From positions 1 through 64,000 of the forward strand of contig JAKOPZ010000208.1 of the NCBI GenBank assembly GCA_029778615.1: a stretch of DNA of 64,000 nucleotides. The letters run 5' to 3'. Under the pieces are notes generated by a model that ran no database searches, had not been told where the DNA came from, and worked only from the letters and a program-made list of their open reading frames with translations. Both the position numbers and the translations under genes were made by a program. This document shows, in pieces, positions 26,638 to 37,317 of the stretch. The stretch is from Chloroflexota bacterium. GTDB lineage: Bacteria > Chloroflexota > Anaerolineae > UBA4142 > SHND01. The number at the start of each line of letters is the position of its first letter. Position 1 is the first letter of the stretch.

Positions 26638-28830
26638 TCAATTGGAAGACGTAATTTCGTACGCCACACCACTCACCACGAAAATTACCTTTTCACCAAT
26701 CGCCACATACTTGCTCCATTCGGGATGCTCTTTCAACAAACCAAAGTACTCTGCACTCCCGAACACAATTTTCGTCGTCGTCATTTTTTCGGGAACAAAC
26801 ATTGTGTCGGTCCACACACCGTTCCGCATGATGAACGCTTTGTCGCCTGCATATTTCACTTTGCCTTCGCTCGACGCGGGCGCGCTCTGCGCTTCTTGCA
26901 ATGCTTTATTCGTTTGACTCTTGTTCACCGCGTCCGCGCCCGACGCGGGCGCGCTGGTCGGCGAAGGCGCGTTTTGCTGTACCGAACTGCCCGCCGTGGT
27001 GCGTCCTTCTTGACTCAACACATCCGCGTCCTCTTGAATCAAGAATGACGTGTACGGCGTCACGATGCCATAGCGAATCGCAAGCGCAACGATTTCGTCC
27101 ACCGCCTCCTTGTTTTCGCCGTGCAAACGAATTTGCGCGAGCAAGTAGCCAATCTTGCGGGTTGCCCACAACGGCGCAATAAATTCATCGCCGCCCGTTG
27201 TTTTGAAATTCAAATCTTCAAACACGTACGACTGCGCGCGTTCGTTAAGGTTGCCGCTCAGGGTAATTTTTGTCGCACCGCCATTTTTGTAGCGTCCCGC
27301 CATCACCAACTGCGTGCCCGCAAACAAATCGGGCAGCGGGAACGGATACGCGTCGTACGTTTCGATGCCGCCGAAATCAATTTTCAAATCGGACAACACA
27401 GGCGTCGAAACTTGAGCGTAAAAACCCGAAACCGTTTCTTCAATGTTTTCGCCGGGGCGCACGTACGCGCTCGCGCCGCGCTGACGTTCCGCCAACGAAT
27501 CGAGCAGCACGGTATTCACATCATCGCCTACGCCGAACGTAAACAAACGCACATTACTTGGCGCGTTATTTTTTACGTTTTCGAGAATGCGTTCGGTATT
27601 CGTTTCGTCCACCGTCGGCAAACCATCGGTCAAGAAAATCACAATCGTCGGACGCGTTTTGTCCGCCACTGCCAGCGCTTCCAACAGCGCGCGGTTGATA
27701 TTGGTGGAACCACTCGCCTGAATGTTTTCGACAAAACGGATGGCATCCCCGCGTTCGCTCGCGGGCGAGAGTTTGCCCGGTGCGTACGACACAATGCCCG
27801 TTGCAAACGTAATCACACCAAAGCGGTCTTCCGATTTCAACTGCTCCAACACAAATTTCGCCGCGCCGCGCGCTTGAATAATTTTTTCACCGCTCATCGA
27901 GCCCGACGTATCGAGCACCAATATCACATCTTTGGCGACAACTTGCTGCTGCTCTACCTGCACTTTCGGATTCACCAACAACAGGAAAAATCCGTCGCTG
28001 CCCGAATCGGGCTTGTACGTCAACAGCGTCGCGCCAATGGTGTCTTCGGACACGCTGTGATAGAGCACAAAATCGCGGTCGGGTTTCACGTTGGACGCTT
28101 CGTAGCCGATGCGCGCATGAAAATCGTTTTCGCGCGATACAGAAATATTGTGCGTCGGCGAATAGATTGCTTTGAGCGCGGCTTGCGATTTCAAATCAAC
28201 ATTGATGCTCACACTGCCCAACGCCTGCGGCGAAAATTTTTCCGTCGAAAGCGGATAGACATATTTCACCAAACCGTTTTCGATTTTTAGAATCTGCGCG
28301 TACGAAATCTCGACGCGTTTTTCTGTATGCGGTTGAATCGGAAAAATGCGCGCCTGAAACGCACCGCGTCCGATGTATTCCAACAGCGCGGGGTCGCGTT
28401 GGCGGCGCACAATATTTTCATAAATTTCGCGCGCCTGCTCGCGGTCCAACACTTTTGCCTCCAGCCGCGCGCCATCTACATACATTGCAAAATCGGAAAT
28501 CGTCGCGTCGGCGGGCAAGGGAAAAATGTATGTCCCTTCCAGAACCGAGTCGCTGTCATTTACAAAGATTTGGTCAATCTTGGTTTGCGCGACCTGATTC
28601 TCGATGGTGACCGTAACGTTATGATTTTTTACACGCAGATAGGCGGGGCAAATTCCCGTGTCTGTGGGACGAATACAGCGCGCATTCGGCGGACACGGCG
28701 TCGGCGGCGGGGTGTTGATGGTGGGACAGTCAATGACCACCAAACCATCTGCCAAAGCAAAATTGGTTTTGAGCAGAAACAGCGCGCCAACCGCAATCAA
28801 TGCGAGCGCAATGATGCGTAACGTTCTCAT
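26638..28830 (-). CDS. secreted VIT + von Willebrand factor A domain protein
   Basis: VIT-like N-domain, VWA MIDAS motif DTSGSMSG, and ITIH-like architecture. GGAGGAGG Shine-Dalgarno before the ATG at 28830. Confidence 0.8.
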   Translation of the reverse strand: MRTLRIIALALIAVGALFLLKTNFALADGLVVIDCPTINTPPPTPCPPNARCIRPTDTGICPAYLRVKNHNVTVTIENQVAQTKIDQIFVNDSDSVLEGTYIFPLPADATISDFAMYVDGARLEAKVLDREQAREIYENIVRRQRDPALLEYIGRGAFQARIFPIQPHTEKRVEISYAQILKIENGLVKYVYPLSTEKFSPQALGSVSINVDLKSQAALKAIYSPTHNISVSRENDFHARIGYEASNVKPDRDFVLYHSVSEDTIGATLLTYKPDSGSDGFFLLLVNPKVQVEQQQVVAKDVILVLDTSGSMSGEKIIQARGAAKFVLEQLKSEDRFGVITFATGIVSYAPGKLSPASERGDAIRFVENIQASGSTNINRALLEALAVADKTRPTIVIFLTDGLPTVDETNTERILENVKNNAPSNVRLFTFGVGDDVNTVLLDSLAERQRGASAYVRPGENIEETVSGFYAQVSTPVLSDLKIDFGGIETYDAYPFPLPDLFAGTQLVMAGRYKNGGATKITLSGNLNERAQSYVFEDLNFKTTGGDEFIAPLWATRKIGYLLAQIRLHGENKEAVDEIVALAIRYGIVTPYTSFLIQEDADVLSQEGRTTAGSSVQQNAPSPTSAPASGADAVNKSQTNKALQEAQSAPASSEGKVKYAGDKAFIMRNGVWTDTMFVPEKMTTTKIVFGSAEYFGLLKEHPEWSKYVAIGEKVIFVVSGVAYEITSSN

Positions 28831-28948
28831 GGCGAATCCTCCTCCATGTAGGGGCAAAGTATTCGTTGGCGCGCCTGCTACAAATCCTTTGCCCTTACCG
28901 ATATTGTGTTTTGTAAAAACAAGACGCAACGGATTTCGGATTCGTTCC

Positions 28949-28987
28949 AAAAAAAACGCGCGTGCAGAAAAATTTTCTGCACGCGCG
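28949..28987 (-). terminator. rho-independent terminator for the M28 peptidase gene
   Basis: 11-bp stem CGCGCGTGCAG / CTGCACGCGCG with T8 on the minus strand. Confidence 0.65.
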
Positions 28988-28992
28988 CCGCG

Positions 28993-30333
28993 CTACTGCG
29001 TGGGCATCAGCTTGGAGGTATCACCCAACGCGGGTGTCGCATCCAGGCGTTCCAACAATCGTTCGCCGACGCGACCCGCTTCATCCAAATACTCTTGATG
29101 AATTTGGTCAATTGTATCTTCGGGCGTGTGCAACAAATCATAGTTCCGCATAAAGAACACGGTATCTACGCCGCGCCGCGCAAAGGATTCATGGTCACTG
29201 CCCGCGTTCGCCGGCATTTGCGCGTTGCGCGCGTCAATGTTCAATTGCGCCGCGCTCGAACGCGCCAGCAAAGCAACATTGCCGTCGCCCATCAAAATCA
29301 ATGGACCGCTGCCCGCGCCGAGCATATCAAAATTCAACATGGCGCGCATCTTGCGAATTTGCGTTTCGCTCAAGCCGTCCACATACGCGCGCGAGCCGAC
29401 GAGCCCCAATTCTTCCGCGTCGAACGCGATGAAAATCATCGTGTGCTGCGGCTGTGGTTTGCTCGCCATCACGCGCGCGAGTTCCATGACGGTGGCAGTG
29501 CCCGAAGCGTTATCTCCCGCGCCCGGTCCGGCATCTACCGAATCGTAATGCCCGCCAATCACAATCGTTTCGTCGGTCTCGCCGGGCAATGTGCCAATCA
29601 CATTGTTGCCCGTGCGCTGCACCACTTGCGTATCGCTGGCAATCTGTGCGCGCACCGTTCCTTTGTCCAACAAATTCAAAATGCTTTGTCCCGCCGCGCC
29701 GCCGAGCGCGAGCGTGGGAATGGTCACGGGGTCGCGCAATGTGCCGGTAAAACTTTCGGGACGGTCATTAAAAATCAAAATTGCGCGCGCGCCGACCTCT
29801 GCCGCGTTTTGCGACTTGGAGGAAAAGGTCAACGTGCCGCGTTTTACCAACGCAATTTTTCCGCGCGCGTTGATTTTGGAGAAATCGTCGCGACTGCCGA
29901 CGCCCGGCACCAGAACAATTTCGCCGTCCACTTGCCCGCCGACGCTGTATTGAATCGGCTGCGCGTCGAGAGTTTTAGTTTCGGGCGCGGTGAGCCGGAC
30001 AGTTGTGCCATTGTCCTGCCACCCTTGAAACGTGAACGCTTGACGCGTCACTTGCAGACCGCTCGCTTCAAACTGTTGCGCGATATAGTCCGCGGCCGCC
30101 TGCCCGCCCTGCGTTCCCGCGACGCGTTTGCCAATGTCCACCGCAAGTTTGCGATTGTTGGCGTACGCGCGCGCGGCATCGAACGATGTGGGGACCGGCG
30201 TTTGCGCGGGCGCGACTGTGCTGATGGGCGTCGGCGAAATTTGCGCGACGGTGACGGTGGGAACTTGTTGCGTCGAACATGCCGCCACACACAGCGCGCT
30301 TGCCAAAACCAAAAATGCGAAAAACTTGTTCAT
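28993..30333 (-). CDS. M28-family aminopeptidase with PA domain, lipoprotein
   Basis: Lipobox LVLASALCVAAC and zinc-ligand motifs (HYDSV, DNASG, EE, DMLG). Confidence 0.8.
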   Translation of the reverse strand: MNKFFAFLVLASALCVAACSTQQVPTVTVAQISPTPISTVAPAQTPVPTSFDAARAYANNRKLAVDIGKRVAGTQGGQAAADYIAQQFEASGLQVTRQAFTFQGWQDNGTTVRLTAPETKTLDAQPIQYSVGGQVDGEIVLVPGVGSRDDFSKINARGKIALVKRGTLTFSSKSQNAAEVGARAILIFNDRPESFTGTLRDPVTIPTLALGGAAGQSILNLLDKGTVRAQIASDTQVVQRTGNNVIGTLPGETDETIVIGGHYDSVDAGPGAGDNASGTATVMELARVMASKPQPQHTMIFIAFDAEELGLVGSRAYVDGLSETQIRKMRAMLNFDMLGAGSGPLILMGDGNVALLARSSAAQLNIDARNAQMPANAGSDHESFARRGVDTVFFMRNYDLLHTPEDTIDQIHQEYLDEAGRVGERLLERLDATPALGDTSKLMPTQ

Positions 30334-30389
30334 GCCATGCCTCGTCCGCAGAGTACCCATCATTAGAATCAAACCGCGTTAAGTGGAAA

Positions 30390-31550
30390 TTAAAACGCCG
30401 TTACAATTTCCACAATCTCGCGCGCCGCACGCGTCCAAGAAAAACGTTTGACATTCGCGCGTCCGCCTTCGACCAGCGCCTGACGCAGTGGCTCATCATC
30501 CAAAGCAGTTTGGAGCGCGCGCGTCATCGCGCGCACATCACGCGGGTCAAAATACAATGCGCCTTCGCCTGCCACTTCGGGGAGGGACGACGCGTTGGAG
30601 CTCACGAGCGGCGTCCCGCACGCTTGCGCCTCCAACGCGGGAAACCCGAATCCTTCATACAACGATGGCACAACCGCGAGTTGTGCGCCGCCGTACAGCG
30701 CGGGCAAATCCGCGTCCGGCACATAATCCAAAAATTTCACGCGCGCGTCCAGATTCAATGCGCGCACGCGTTGAAAAATGGAATCGGACAGCCAGCCCTT
30801 TTTGCCCACAATGACGAGCGTGTGCGCGTGCGGCAGCGCGGCGAACGCTTCCAACAGACGCGCGTAATTCTTGCGCGGTTGGATTGTGCCGACGCTGATG
30901 AGATAGGGCGCCGCGAGCGCGTATTTTGCGCGCACGCGTTCAATTTCGTTTTGCGGCGCCGGTTTGCCAAGAGCCGCGTTGCACGAAGGATAGACGACGC
31001 GAATTTTTTCGGACGACGTGCCGTAAAATTTCGCCACATCGTCGCGCGTGGCGTACGAATCCGCAAGGACCACTCGCGCGTTTTGCGCGTTCCAACGCGT
31101 GGAAACATCCAAATACGCGCGTGCGAAAAATGGATGCGCGTCGGGGAAAAATTTATACCCAAGGTCGTGAACGGTGACGATGGAATTGCGCGGGTGAATC
31201 GGCGGGAGCACATGCGCGGGGACAAACAACGCGTCGGGCGGGCGCATCAGCATTTCAAAAGCCAAACGCGTGTGGGTCCACAAACGCGGAAAGGGCAGCG
31301 CGCAGATTTCGTAATTGTTGGTGGGAGGAAAAAAGTTTTGGGATGGATGCGCGCGCGTATAGAGTCGAAAGAACCACGGCGAATCAATTTGCAGCAGCGC
31401 CTCAATCAACGCACGCGAATAATATTCCGTCCCCGTCGGCGCATCGCTCAACGCGCGGCTCGCGTCAATTCCCAGAACCGACGAACGACGAACGACGGAG
31501 GACGAACGCCGCGCAAACTGTTTTGAAAATCGTATTTCGTCTTGGGTCAT
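30390..31550 (-). CDS. glycosyltransferase family 4
   Basis: GT-B/GT4 C-terminal EGFGxP E motif (YEGFGFPALEAQACGTPLV). The N-terminal RRSSSVVRRSSV is encoded by the ACGAAC word repeat. Confidence 0.8.
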   Translation of the reverse strand: MTQDEIRFSKQFARRSSSVVRRSSVLGIDASRALSDAPTGTEYYSRALIEALLQIDSPWFFRLYTRAHPSQNFFPPTNNYEICALPFPRLWTHTRLAFEMLMRPPDALFVPAHVLPPIHPRNSIVTVHDLGYKFFPDAHPFFARAYLDVSTRWNAQNARVVLADSYATRDDVAKFYGTSSEKIRVVYPSCNAALGKPAPQNEIERVRAKYALAAPYLISVGTIQPRKNYARLLEAFAALPHAHTLVIVGKKGWLSDSIFQRVRALNLDARVKFLDYVPDADLPALYGGAQLAVVPSLYEGFGFPALEAQACGTPLVSSNASSLPEVAGEGALYFDPRDVRAMTRALQTALDDEPLRQALVEGGRANVKRFSWTRAAREIVEIVTAF

Positions 31551-32536
31551 TCGTCATTCTTTTCTCTGCGCGCGAAATATTGTAACGCGGGGAGCAAGAA
31601 TTTTCCGTACACGAACAGCGGAACCACCGCCAAAATCTGTAATGCCGTGAAGCGTCCGATGAAAAATACATAGCCCAAATTTCCCAACAATGCCAACGCG
31701 CCAATTGGCAGCGTCCACAACAGCACCAAATCCGCTTGTTGAAAATACGGCAGCGCCAATGCGTTCGTCGCGACGAGCCACACGAAACGTTCGCGGCGCG
31801 TGACGCGCAACAACAATGGCGGCAGCCACAACACCAAAACAAAAATGCCAAACCAACGCCAGAGTGAAATACTCGCGCTCGCGTCGGGTGGGTCATTGGC
31901 AATACGATTGAGTAATTCAACAACCCAGTTGCCGTACAATAAAAAGGAAAAGGCAACAAACAGAAGCGGCACAACAAAAATTTTGAAACGATTCGTCCAA
32001 CGTGTTTGCGTCATCAAAATAATCGCTGCCCCCGGCACAAGTCCAACCTGGAATTTTGTCAATGCCAAAATCAATCCCAGTCCCGTCAAATACCAGCGCT
32101 CGTGCGCCATTGCCCAGTACATTAACGCCAAACTGCCAACCAACACGCCGGTAATCTGTCCATAAATCAGACTGTAGAACATTTGAAAAGAAACGAGCGC
32201 GAACAGCACATTTCCCCCAAACATGCGCGCGGCAAAAAAAACCGCGCCGATGTTCAACAAAGCCCACAGCGCGTGATTGATGACGAGAGGTAGAAAACCC
32301 AGTAGCCAAAAAAAGGGCAAAACCCAATAGCCATAATAATAGCCATAATAATCGCCGCGCGCGGCATTGAGATACAAACTCAAATCATAATACGCGCCGC
32401 CCGTCTCCATCCGCACCCCTATAAACAAAAACGCGATGGCAATACATAACACGAGCGCAAACACTTCGCCGCGCGTCAACGGGCGACCCAAGCGTTGGTC
32501 AATCGTCTGCGCGTCGCCAAAAAAATCCTCAAGCAT
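31547..32536 (-). CDS. polytopic membrane protein, possibly GT-C-type glycosyltransferase (DUF2029-like)
   Basis: About 9 TM helices. Operonic with GT4 through an ATGA overlap. Confidence 0.5.
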   Translation of the reverse strand: MLEDFFGDAQTIDQRLGRPLTRGEVFALVLCIAIAFLFIGVRMETGGAYYDLSLYLNAARGDYYGYYYGYWVLPFFWLLGFLPLVINHALWALLNIGAVFFAARMFGGNVLFALVSFQMFYSLIYGQITGVLVGSLALMYWAMAHERWYLTGLGLILALTKFQVGLVPGAAIILMTQTRWTNRFKIFVVPLLFVAFSFLLYGNWVVELLNRIANDPPDASASISLWRWFGIFVLVLWLPPLLLRVTRRERFVWLVATNALALPYFQQADLVLLWTLPIGALALLGNLGYVFFIGRFTALQILAVVPLFVYGKFLLPALQYFARREKNDE

Positions 32537-33170
32537 CCTGCAGCGGCTCTCCTAAAAATTCTTGCAGCGTTTCAAGTGAAATCGCGCCCGCGCGCAGCAC
32601 GCGCGGCGGCTCGACGGTACAATCTAAAACAGTGGACGGGACGTTGCCGGGCGTTGCGCCGCCGTCGAGAACCAGCGCGATGCGTCCGCCCAAATCATTC
32701 AACACATCTTGCGCGGTGCGCGGATTCGCGCCGCCCGAACGGTTCGCGCTCGTCGCGGCGAGGGGGCGTCCGAACGCGCGCACCAGTTCGCGCACCAACG
32801 GCGCGTCGGGCAAACGCACACCAATCGTGTTTGTTTCCGCGCACAAGTTCGGCGGCAATTCCGCGCGCGCATTCACTACCAGCGTCAAGCCGCCGGGCCA
32901 AAAGCGTTGTGCCAAACGCTGCGCGTACGGCGAAACGTATGCTGCCGCTCTTTCCAAATCGGCGTAATCGCCGATGAGCAGCATAATCGCTTTGGACGAG
33001 GGACGGTCTTTGGCGATAAATAATTTTTCCACCGCGCCCGCGTCAAAGCCGTCTGCCGCAATGCCATACACGGTATCCGTCGGAAGCGCGATGACCTCGC
33101 CGCGTTGAATCCATTCCAACGCGCGCTGCATCGCATTCGGTGCGTCGGCGCGCAAGACAATCGTTTCCAT
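32529..33170 (-). CDS. tsaC: L-threonylcarbamoyladenylate synthase (Sua5/YrdC/YwlC family)
   Basis: YrdC fold motifs LPTDTVYGI and GGLT. Confidence 0.85.
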   Translation of the reverse strand: METIVLRADAPNAMQRALEWIQRGEVIALPTDTVYGIAADGFDAGAVEKLFIAKDRPSSKAIMLLIGDYADLERAAAYVSPYAQRLAQRFWPGGLTLVVNARAELPPNLCAETNTIGVRLPDAPLVRELVRAFGRPLAATSANRSGGANPRTAQDVLNDLGGRIALVLDGGATPGNVPSTVLDCTVEPPRVLRAGAISLETLQEFLGEPLQDA

Positions 33171-33235
33171 AACACTTGTATAGTAACGAATTTATTCGTT
33201 GCCCCCGGCGCTCATGAATGAATTCGTTACTACAG

Positions 33236-34150
33236 TTACCGCGTGAATCGAATTTCCACTACGCGGTCGAGTTGCTCCAAATCGCGATGGATTTCTACTT
33301 CCGCGAGCGGCAAGACCGCGTTCACCAACTCTTTCGCCGCGTCGCCCTGCTCTTCGCTGATTTCCAAAAAAATGAAACTCGCGCGCGCCATGTGTTGCGG
33401 CACTTGGTTCAACAAGCGCCGAATCACGCTCAAGCCGTCCAGTCCCGCAATGGTCGCCACACGCGGTTCGTACTGCCGAATTTCGCGCGGCAGCTGCGCT
33501 TCGCGTTCGAGCGGAATGTACGGCAAGTTCGCAGTGAGAATATCAATCGGCGTCGGAATGCCATCGAGCAAATCGGCATTGCGAAATTCGACGCGTTCGG
33601 TCAAATTCAAACGCGCCGCGTTCAATTGCGCGACGGCAAGCGCGTCGAGTGAAATATCGGACGCGATAATTTTGGTATCGGACGTATGTCGCGCGAGCGC
33701 GAGCGCAATCGCGCCCGAACCCGTGCCTACATCGGCAAGGACAGGTTCGGGATGCGGAATTTTTTTGATGGCACGTAATGCCAATTCGACAACGTGTTCG
33801 GTTTCCGGACGCGGTATCAAAACGCGCCGGTCAACCAGCAAATCGAGTCCGTAAAATTCTTGATGTCCGACGATATACGCAATCGGTTCGCCTTGCGCGC
33901 GGCGCGCGACCATCCCTGCAAATTGCGCGGCGTCCTTTTCCGAAATCGGTTCGCCCAATTTTGCCAACAGCAGCGCGCGCGAAATCTTTAACGTCTGCGC
34001 GAGCAAAATTTCCGCTTCCAAACGCGCGTGCGCGTATCCGTTGCGCGCCCCCAACGCGCGCACCGCAGAGACGAGCACTTCTTGAATGGTTTCGGGATGA
34101 GTGATTAACAAGGAACAAGTATCGGATAGTAGGTAGCAGGTAACGCCCAC
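33236..34150 (-). CDS. prmC: peptide chain release factor N5-glutamine methyltransferase
   Basis: NLPY motif (TANLPYIP) and SAM motif VADVGTGSG. GTG start lies inside a hairpin repeat, so the start is uncertain. Confidence 0.8.
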   Translation of the reverse strand: MGVTCYLLSDTCSLLITHPETIQEVLVSAVRALGARNGYAHARLEAEILLAQTLKISRALLLAKLGEPISEKDAAQFAGMVARRAQGEPIAYIVGHQEFYGLDLLVDRRVLIPRPETEHVVELALRAIKKIPHPEPVLADVGTGSGAIALALARHTSDTKIIASDISLDALAVAQLNAARLNLTERVEFRNADLLDGIPTPIDILTANLPYIPLEREAQLPREIRQYEPRVATIAGLDGLSVIRRLLNQVPQHMARASFIFLEISEEQGDAAKELVNAVLPLAEVEIHRDLEQLDRVVEIRFTR

Positions 34151-34173
34151 ATGATACCTGCTACCTGCTACTT

Positions 34174-35253
34174 TTACATTTCCACTCGCGCCGCCTTTAA
34201 TTTTTCCTCTTGGTCCGCGAGTACCAACGCGTCAATGATTTCGTCAATCGCGCCGTCGAGAATGCCGGGAAGATTGTGTTCCGTGAGATTAATGCGGTGG
34301 TCCGTGAGGCGGTCTTGGGGAAAATTATACGTACGAATTTTTTCCGCGCGTTCGCCGCTGCCCACCTGCAAACGCCGCGCTTCGGCTGTTTCGCGCTGCT
34401 GCTTTTCCAATTCGATTTCGTACAAGCGCGCTTTGAGAAACGACATGGCGCGCAATTTGTTTTGCAATTGCGAACGCTCGTCCTGGACCGCGACGACGAT
34501 GCCCGTCGGCAGATGCGTGATGCGAACGGCGGTCGCGACTTTTTGCACATTTTGCCCGCCGTGCCCCGACGCGTGATAAATATCAATTTTCAAATCTTCC
34601 GGCTTGACCTCCACTTCGATGTCGTCTACTTCTGCCATTACCGCGACCGTCGCCGTGGATGTGTGAATGCGTCCCGACGCTTCGGTGAGCGGCACGCGCT
34701 GGACGCGATGCACGCCGCTTTCATATTTCAAACGCGAGAAGGCGCCTTTGCCTTTGATTTCAAAAACGACTTGGCGAAACCCTTTCAGTCCGGTGCGGTT
34801 TTCATCCACGAGCGAAACTTTCCAACCCTGTCGTTCCGCATAGCGCGTGTACATCCGATACAAATCCGCCGCAAACAGCGCGGCTTCTTCGCCGCCGGTG
34901 CCCGCGCGAATTTCCACGTAAATGTCCTTGTCATCGCGCGGGTCTTTGGGCAGCAGCATCACGCGCATTTCGTCCAACATTTTTTCTTGCCGCGTGCGGA
35001 GCTCCTCCGCTTCTTGCTGCGCCAACGCGCGCATTTCCAAATCACTTTCGTCGCGCGCCATCTCTTGCGTGCGTTCGAGCGCCTGCGTCGTCGTCAGGTA
35101 TTCGCGATATTTTTCCACAAACGGTTCAATGTCGCTCACCTCGCGCGTAATTTCGCGCAAGCGCGTCGGATTGGTCGAGACCGCCGGGTCTTCCATCATT
35201 TTGTGTAAATCGTCATAACGTTTCTGGTACGCTGCAAATTTTTCGACAAACAC
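34174..35253 (-). CDS. prfA: peptide chain release factor 1
   Basis: GGQ motif (SGHGGQNV) and PxT-type RF1 domain. Confidence 0.95.
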   Translation of the reverse strand: MFVEKFAAYQKRYDDLHKMMEDPAVSTNPTRLREITREVSDIEPFVEKYREYLTTTQALERTQEMARDESDLEMRALAQQEAEELRTRQEKMLDEMRVMLLPKDPRDDKDIYVEIRAGTGGEEAALFAADLYRMYTRYAERQGWKVSLVDENRTGLKGFRQVVFEIKGKGAFSRLKYESGVHRVQRVPLTEASGRIHTSTATVAVMAEVDDIEVEVKPEDLKIDIYHASGHGGQNVQKVATAVRITHLPTGIVVAVQDERSQLQNKLRAMSFLKARLYEIELEKQQRETAEARRLQVGSGERAEKIRTYNFPQDRLTDHRINLTEHNLPGILDGAIDEIIDALVLADQEEKLKAARVEM

Positions 35254-35329
35254 GGGAACCTCTTGATTTTTGATTTATGATTTCGGATTTATGAATTTTT
35301 CTTGCGTCTTGCGTCTTGGCGTGAGAATT

Positions 35330-36880
35330 TTATTTGCGGCGCACCAACTTGACGGCGAGTCCAATTTCATCGCTTTGTAACAGAAACATCGTTACAAAAT
35401 ACGCGCCTCCGCCAATCACAATTCCCCCCAAGAGTAGCAGAAACGAATTCTGCGCGAGCGGCGTCAATTCGTACAACACCAGCGCGACTGCCATCACCAC
35501 CGCGCCGATGAGCATTTTCAGCGCGCTGGTGGCGATTTGCCTGCCCTCGATGCCGCCCAAACGCGGACGCAGCAAATACAAGAGGGTCAACATTTCCAAC
35601 GTCGTCGCAATCGAATTCGCGAGCGCGAGCCCACCCTGCCGCAAGGGTCCGAGCAGCGCGAGCGAAAGGAGCACATTTAGCACCACCGAGGCAACGCCAA
35701 TCCGCACCGGCGTTGCCGTGTCGTGCATTGCATAGAACGCGCGCGTAATCGTTTCCAAACCCGCGTGCGCGAACAGACCCACGGCGAACAATTCTAACGC
35801 AATCAATGTCATGTCAGTGGACTGTGTTGTGAACGCGCCGCGCTGCAACAAAATTTGAATGATGGGCCGCGCGAGCAGCATTAGCCCAATCGTCGCAGGA
35901 ACCGTCAGAAACAACGTCACGCGAAATCCGGTCGAAAACGCGCGCCGCAAACCATTCAAATCATTCGCCGCGAACATGCGCGCGAACGACGGAAACAACA
36001 CTGTCGCGATAGATTGCGCGATAACTCCAATCGGCAGCAGGATGAGCAGAAACGCATAATTCAACGCGGCGAGCGAACCCGTTGCGAGCGTTGACGCCAG
36101 AATGGTATTGACGAGAAAATTAAACTGCACCGCCGCGATGCCCACCGTGCGCGGAATGACCAACTGCACCACCTGCCGTACTCCCGCGTCACGTATGCCC
36201 AACCGCGCGGTGTATTGTATCTTGCGACGAATGAGCCACGGCACTTGAATCGCCAGATGCAAAAACGCGCCGACGACGACGCCAACCGCCAAACCATACA
36301 CGCCGAGCGTTGGCGCGAGCAGCAACGCGCCGGCAATGATAGAGGCATTGTACATCACGGGCGCGGCGGCGGGCAAAAGAAATTCATGCTGCGCGTTCAA
36401 GATGCCCATCACGATGCCGCTCACCGCAAACACCGCAGGAGTCAATAACATGACGCGCATCAAACTCGCCGTAAGCTGCTGTTGGTCGGGTGCAAAGCCC
36501 ACGCCCACGCTCACGCGCACCAAAGGTTCCGCCAACAATGCGGCGAAAACACACAGCGCGGCAACCAACACAAACACCAGATTGATGACTTGGGTTGCCA
36601 AACGCCACGCCCCGCGCATGTCCCCTTCGTGGAGCAATTTTGAAAATGGCGGAATGAACGCGGACGCCAGCGCGCCGCCCGCGACGAGATTAAACAACAG
36701 GTCAGGAATGCGAAACGCGGCGACGTACGCGTCGAGCGATGCAGAGGTGCCAAACTGATAACTAATCGCAATTTCGCGCACCAGCCCCAACACACGGCTG
36801 ATGACGAAAAAAAACATCACAATGCCCGTCGAGGTGACAAGATGACGCGTGGTGCGAACGGAATGGGGCGGGGCGCTCAT
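35330..36880 (-). CDS. murJ: lipid II flippase MurJ
   Basis: 14-TM MurJ/MviN pattern (RVLGLVREI...FGTSASLDAYVAAFRIPD). Start set at MSAPPH (ATG 36880). Confidence 0.85.
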   Translation of the reverse strand: MSAPPHSVRTTRHLVTSTGIVMFFFVISRVLGLVREIAISYQFGTSASLDAYVAAFRIPDLLFNLVAGGALASAFIPPFSKLLHEGDMRGAWRLATQVINLVFVLVAALCVFAALLAEPLVRVSVGVGFAPDQQQLTASLMRVMLLTPAVFAVSGIVMGILNAQHEFLLPAAAPVMYNASIIAGALLLAPTLGVYGLAVGVVVGAFLHLAIQVPWLIRRKIQYTARLGIRDAGVRQVVQLVIPRTVGIAAVQFNFLVNTILASTLATGSLAALNYAFLLILLPIGVIAQSIATVLFPSFARMFAANDLNGLRRAFSTGFRVTLFLTVPATIGLMLLARPIIQILLQRGAFTTQSTDMTLIALELFAVGLFAHAGLETITRAFYAMHDTATPVRIGVASVVLNVLLSLALLGPLRQGGLALANSIATTLEMLTLLYLLRPRLGGIEGRQIATSALKMLIGAVVMAVALVLYELTPLAQNSFLLLLGGIVIGGGAYFVTMFLLQSDEIGLAVKLVRRK

Positions 36881-36992
36881 GCGAACGCCGATTATACACC
36901 ATCCCCCACAGAGCATACACAATTTTGCAATATCAATACTTTCAAGTAAAATTCCGCGTCGTTATCGGTACAGTAAATTCGGAGGAAATCAA

Positions 36993-37259
36993 TTGGCAAA
37001 TACTGCTTCCGCCCAAAAAGAAATTCGCAAAAATGTGCGCCGCCGCACCCGCAATCGTCTGGTCAAAGCCAAGACGCGCACGGTGACGCGCCGCGCCATC
37101 CGCGCGATTGAGAACGGTGAGGCAAACGCGGTAGACGAAATTCGTCAGGCACAAGTCGAACTCGATTCGGCAGCGGCAAAAGGCATCATCCACAAAAATG
37201 CCGCCGCGCGCAAAAAGTCGCGGCTCATCAAACGCCTGCGCCAAGCCGCTGCGGCTTGA
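36993..37259 (+). CDS. rpsT: 30S ribosomal protein S20
   Basis: TTG start 7 nt after GGAGG. 88 aa basic protein (ANTASAQKEIRKNVRRR...). Confidence 0.8.
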   Translation: MANTASAQKEIRKNVRRRTRNRLVKAKTRTVTRRAIRAIENGEANAVDEIRQAQVELDSAAAKGIIHKNAAARKKSRLIKRLRQAAAA

Positions 37260-37274
37260 GCGGCGGATTTGAAA

Positions 37275-37312
37275 ACAGACCTGCTTCGTTGGGAGCAGGT
37301 CTGTTTTTTTTA
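37275..37312 (+). terminator. rho-independent terminator of rpsT
   Basis: Stem ACAGACCTGCT / AGCAGGTCTGT followed by T8. Confidence 0.75.
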
Positions 37313-37317
37313 CATTT

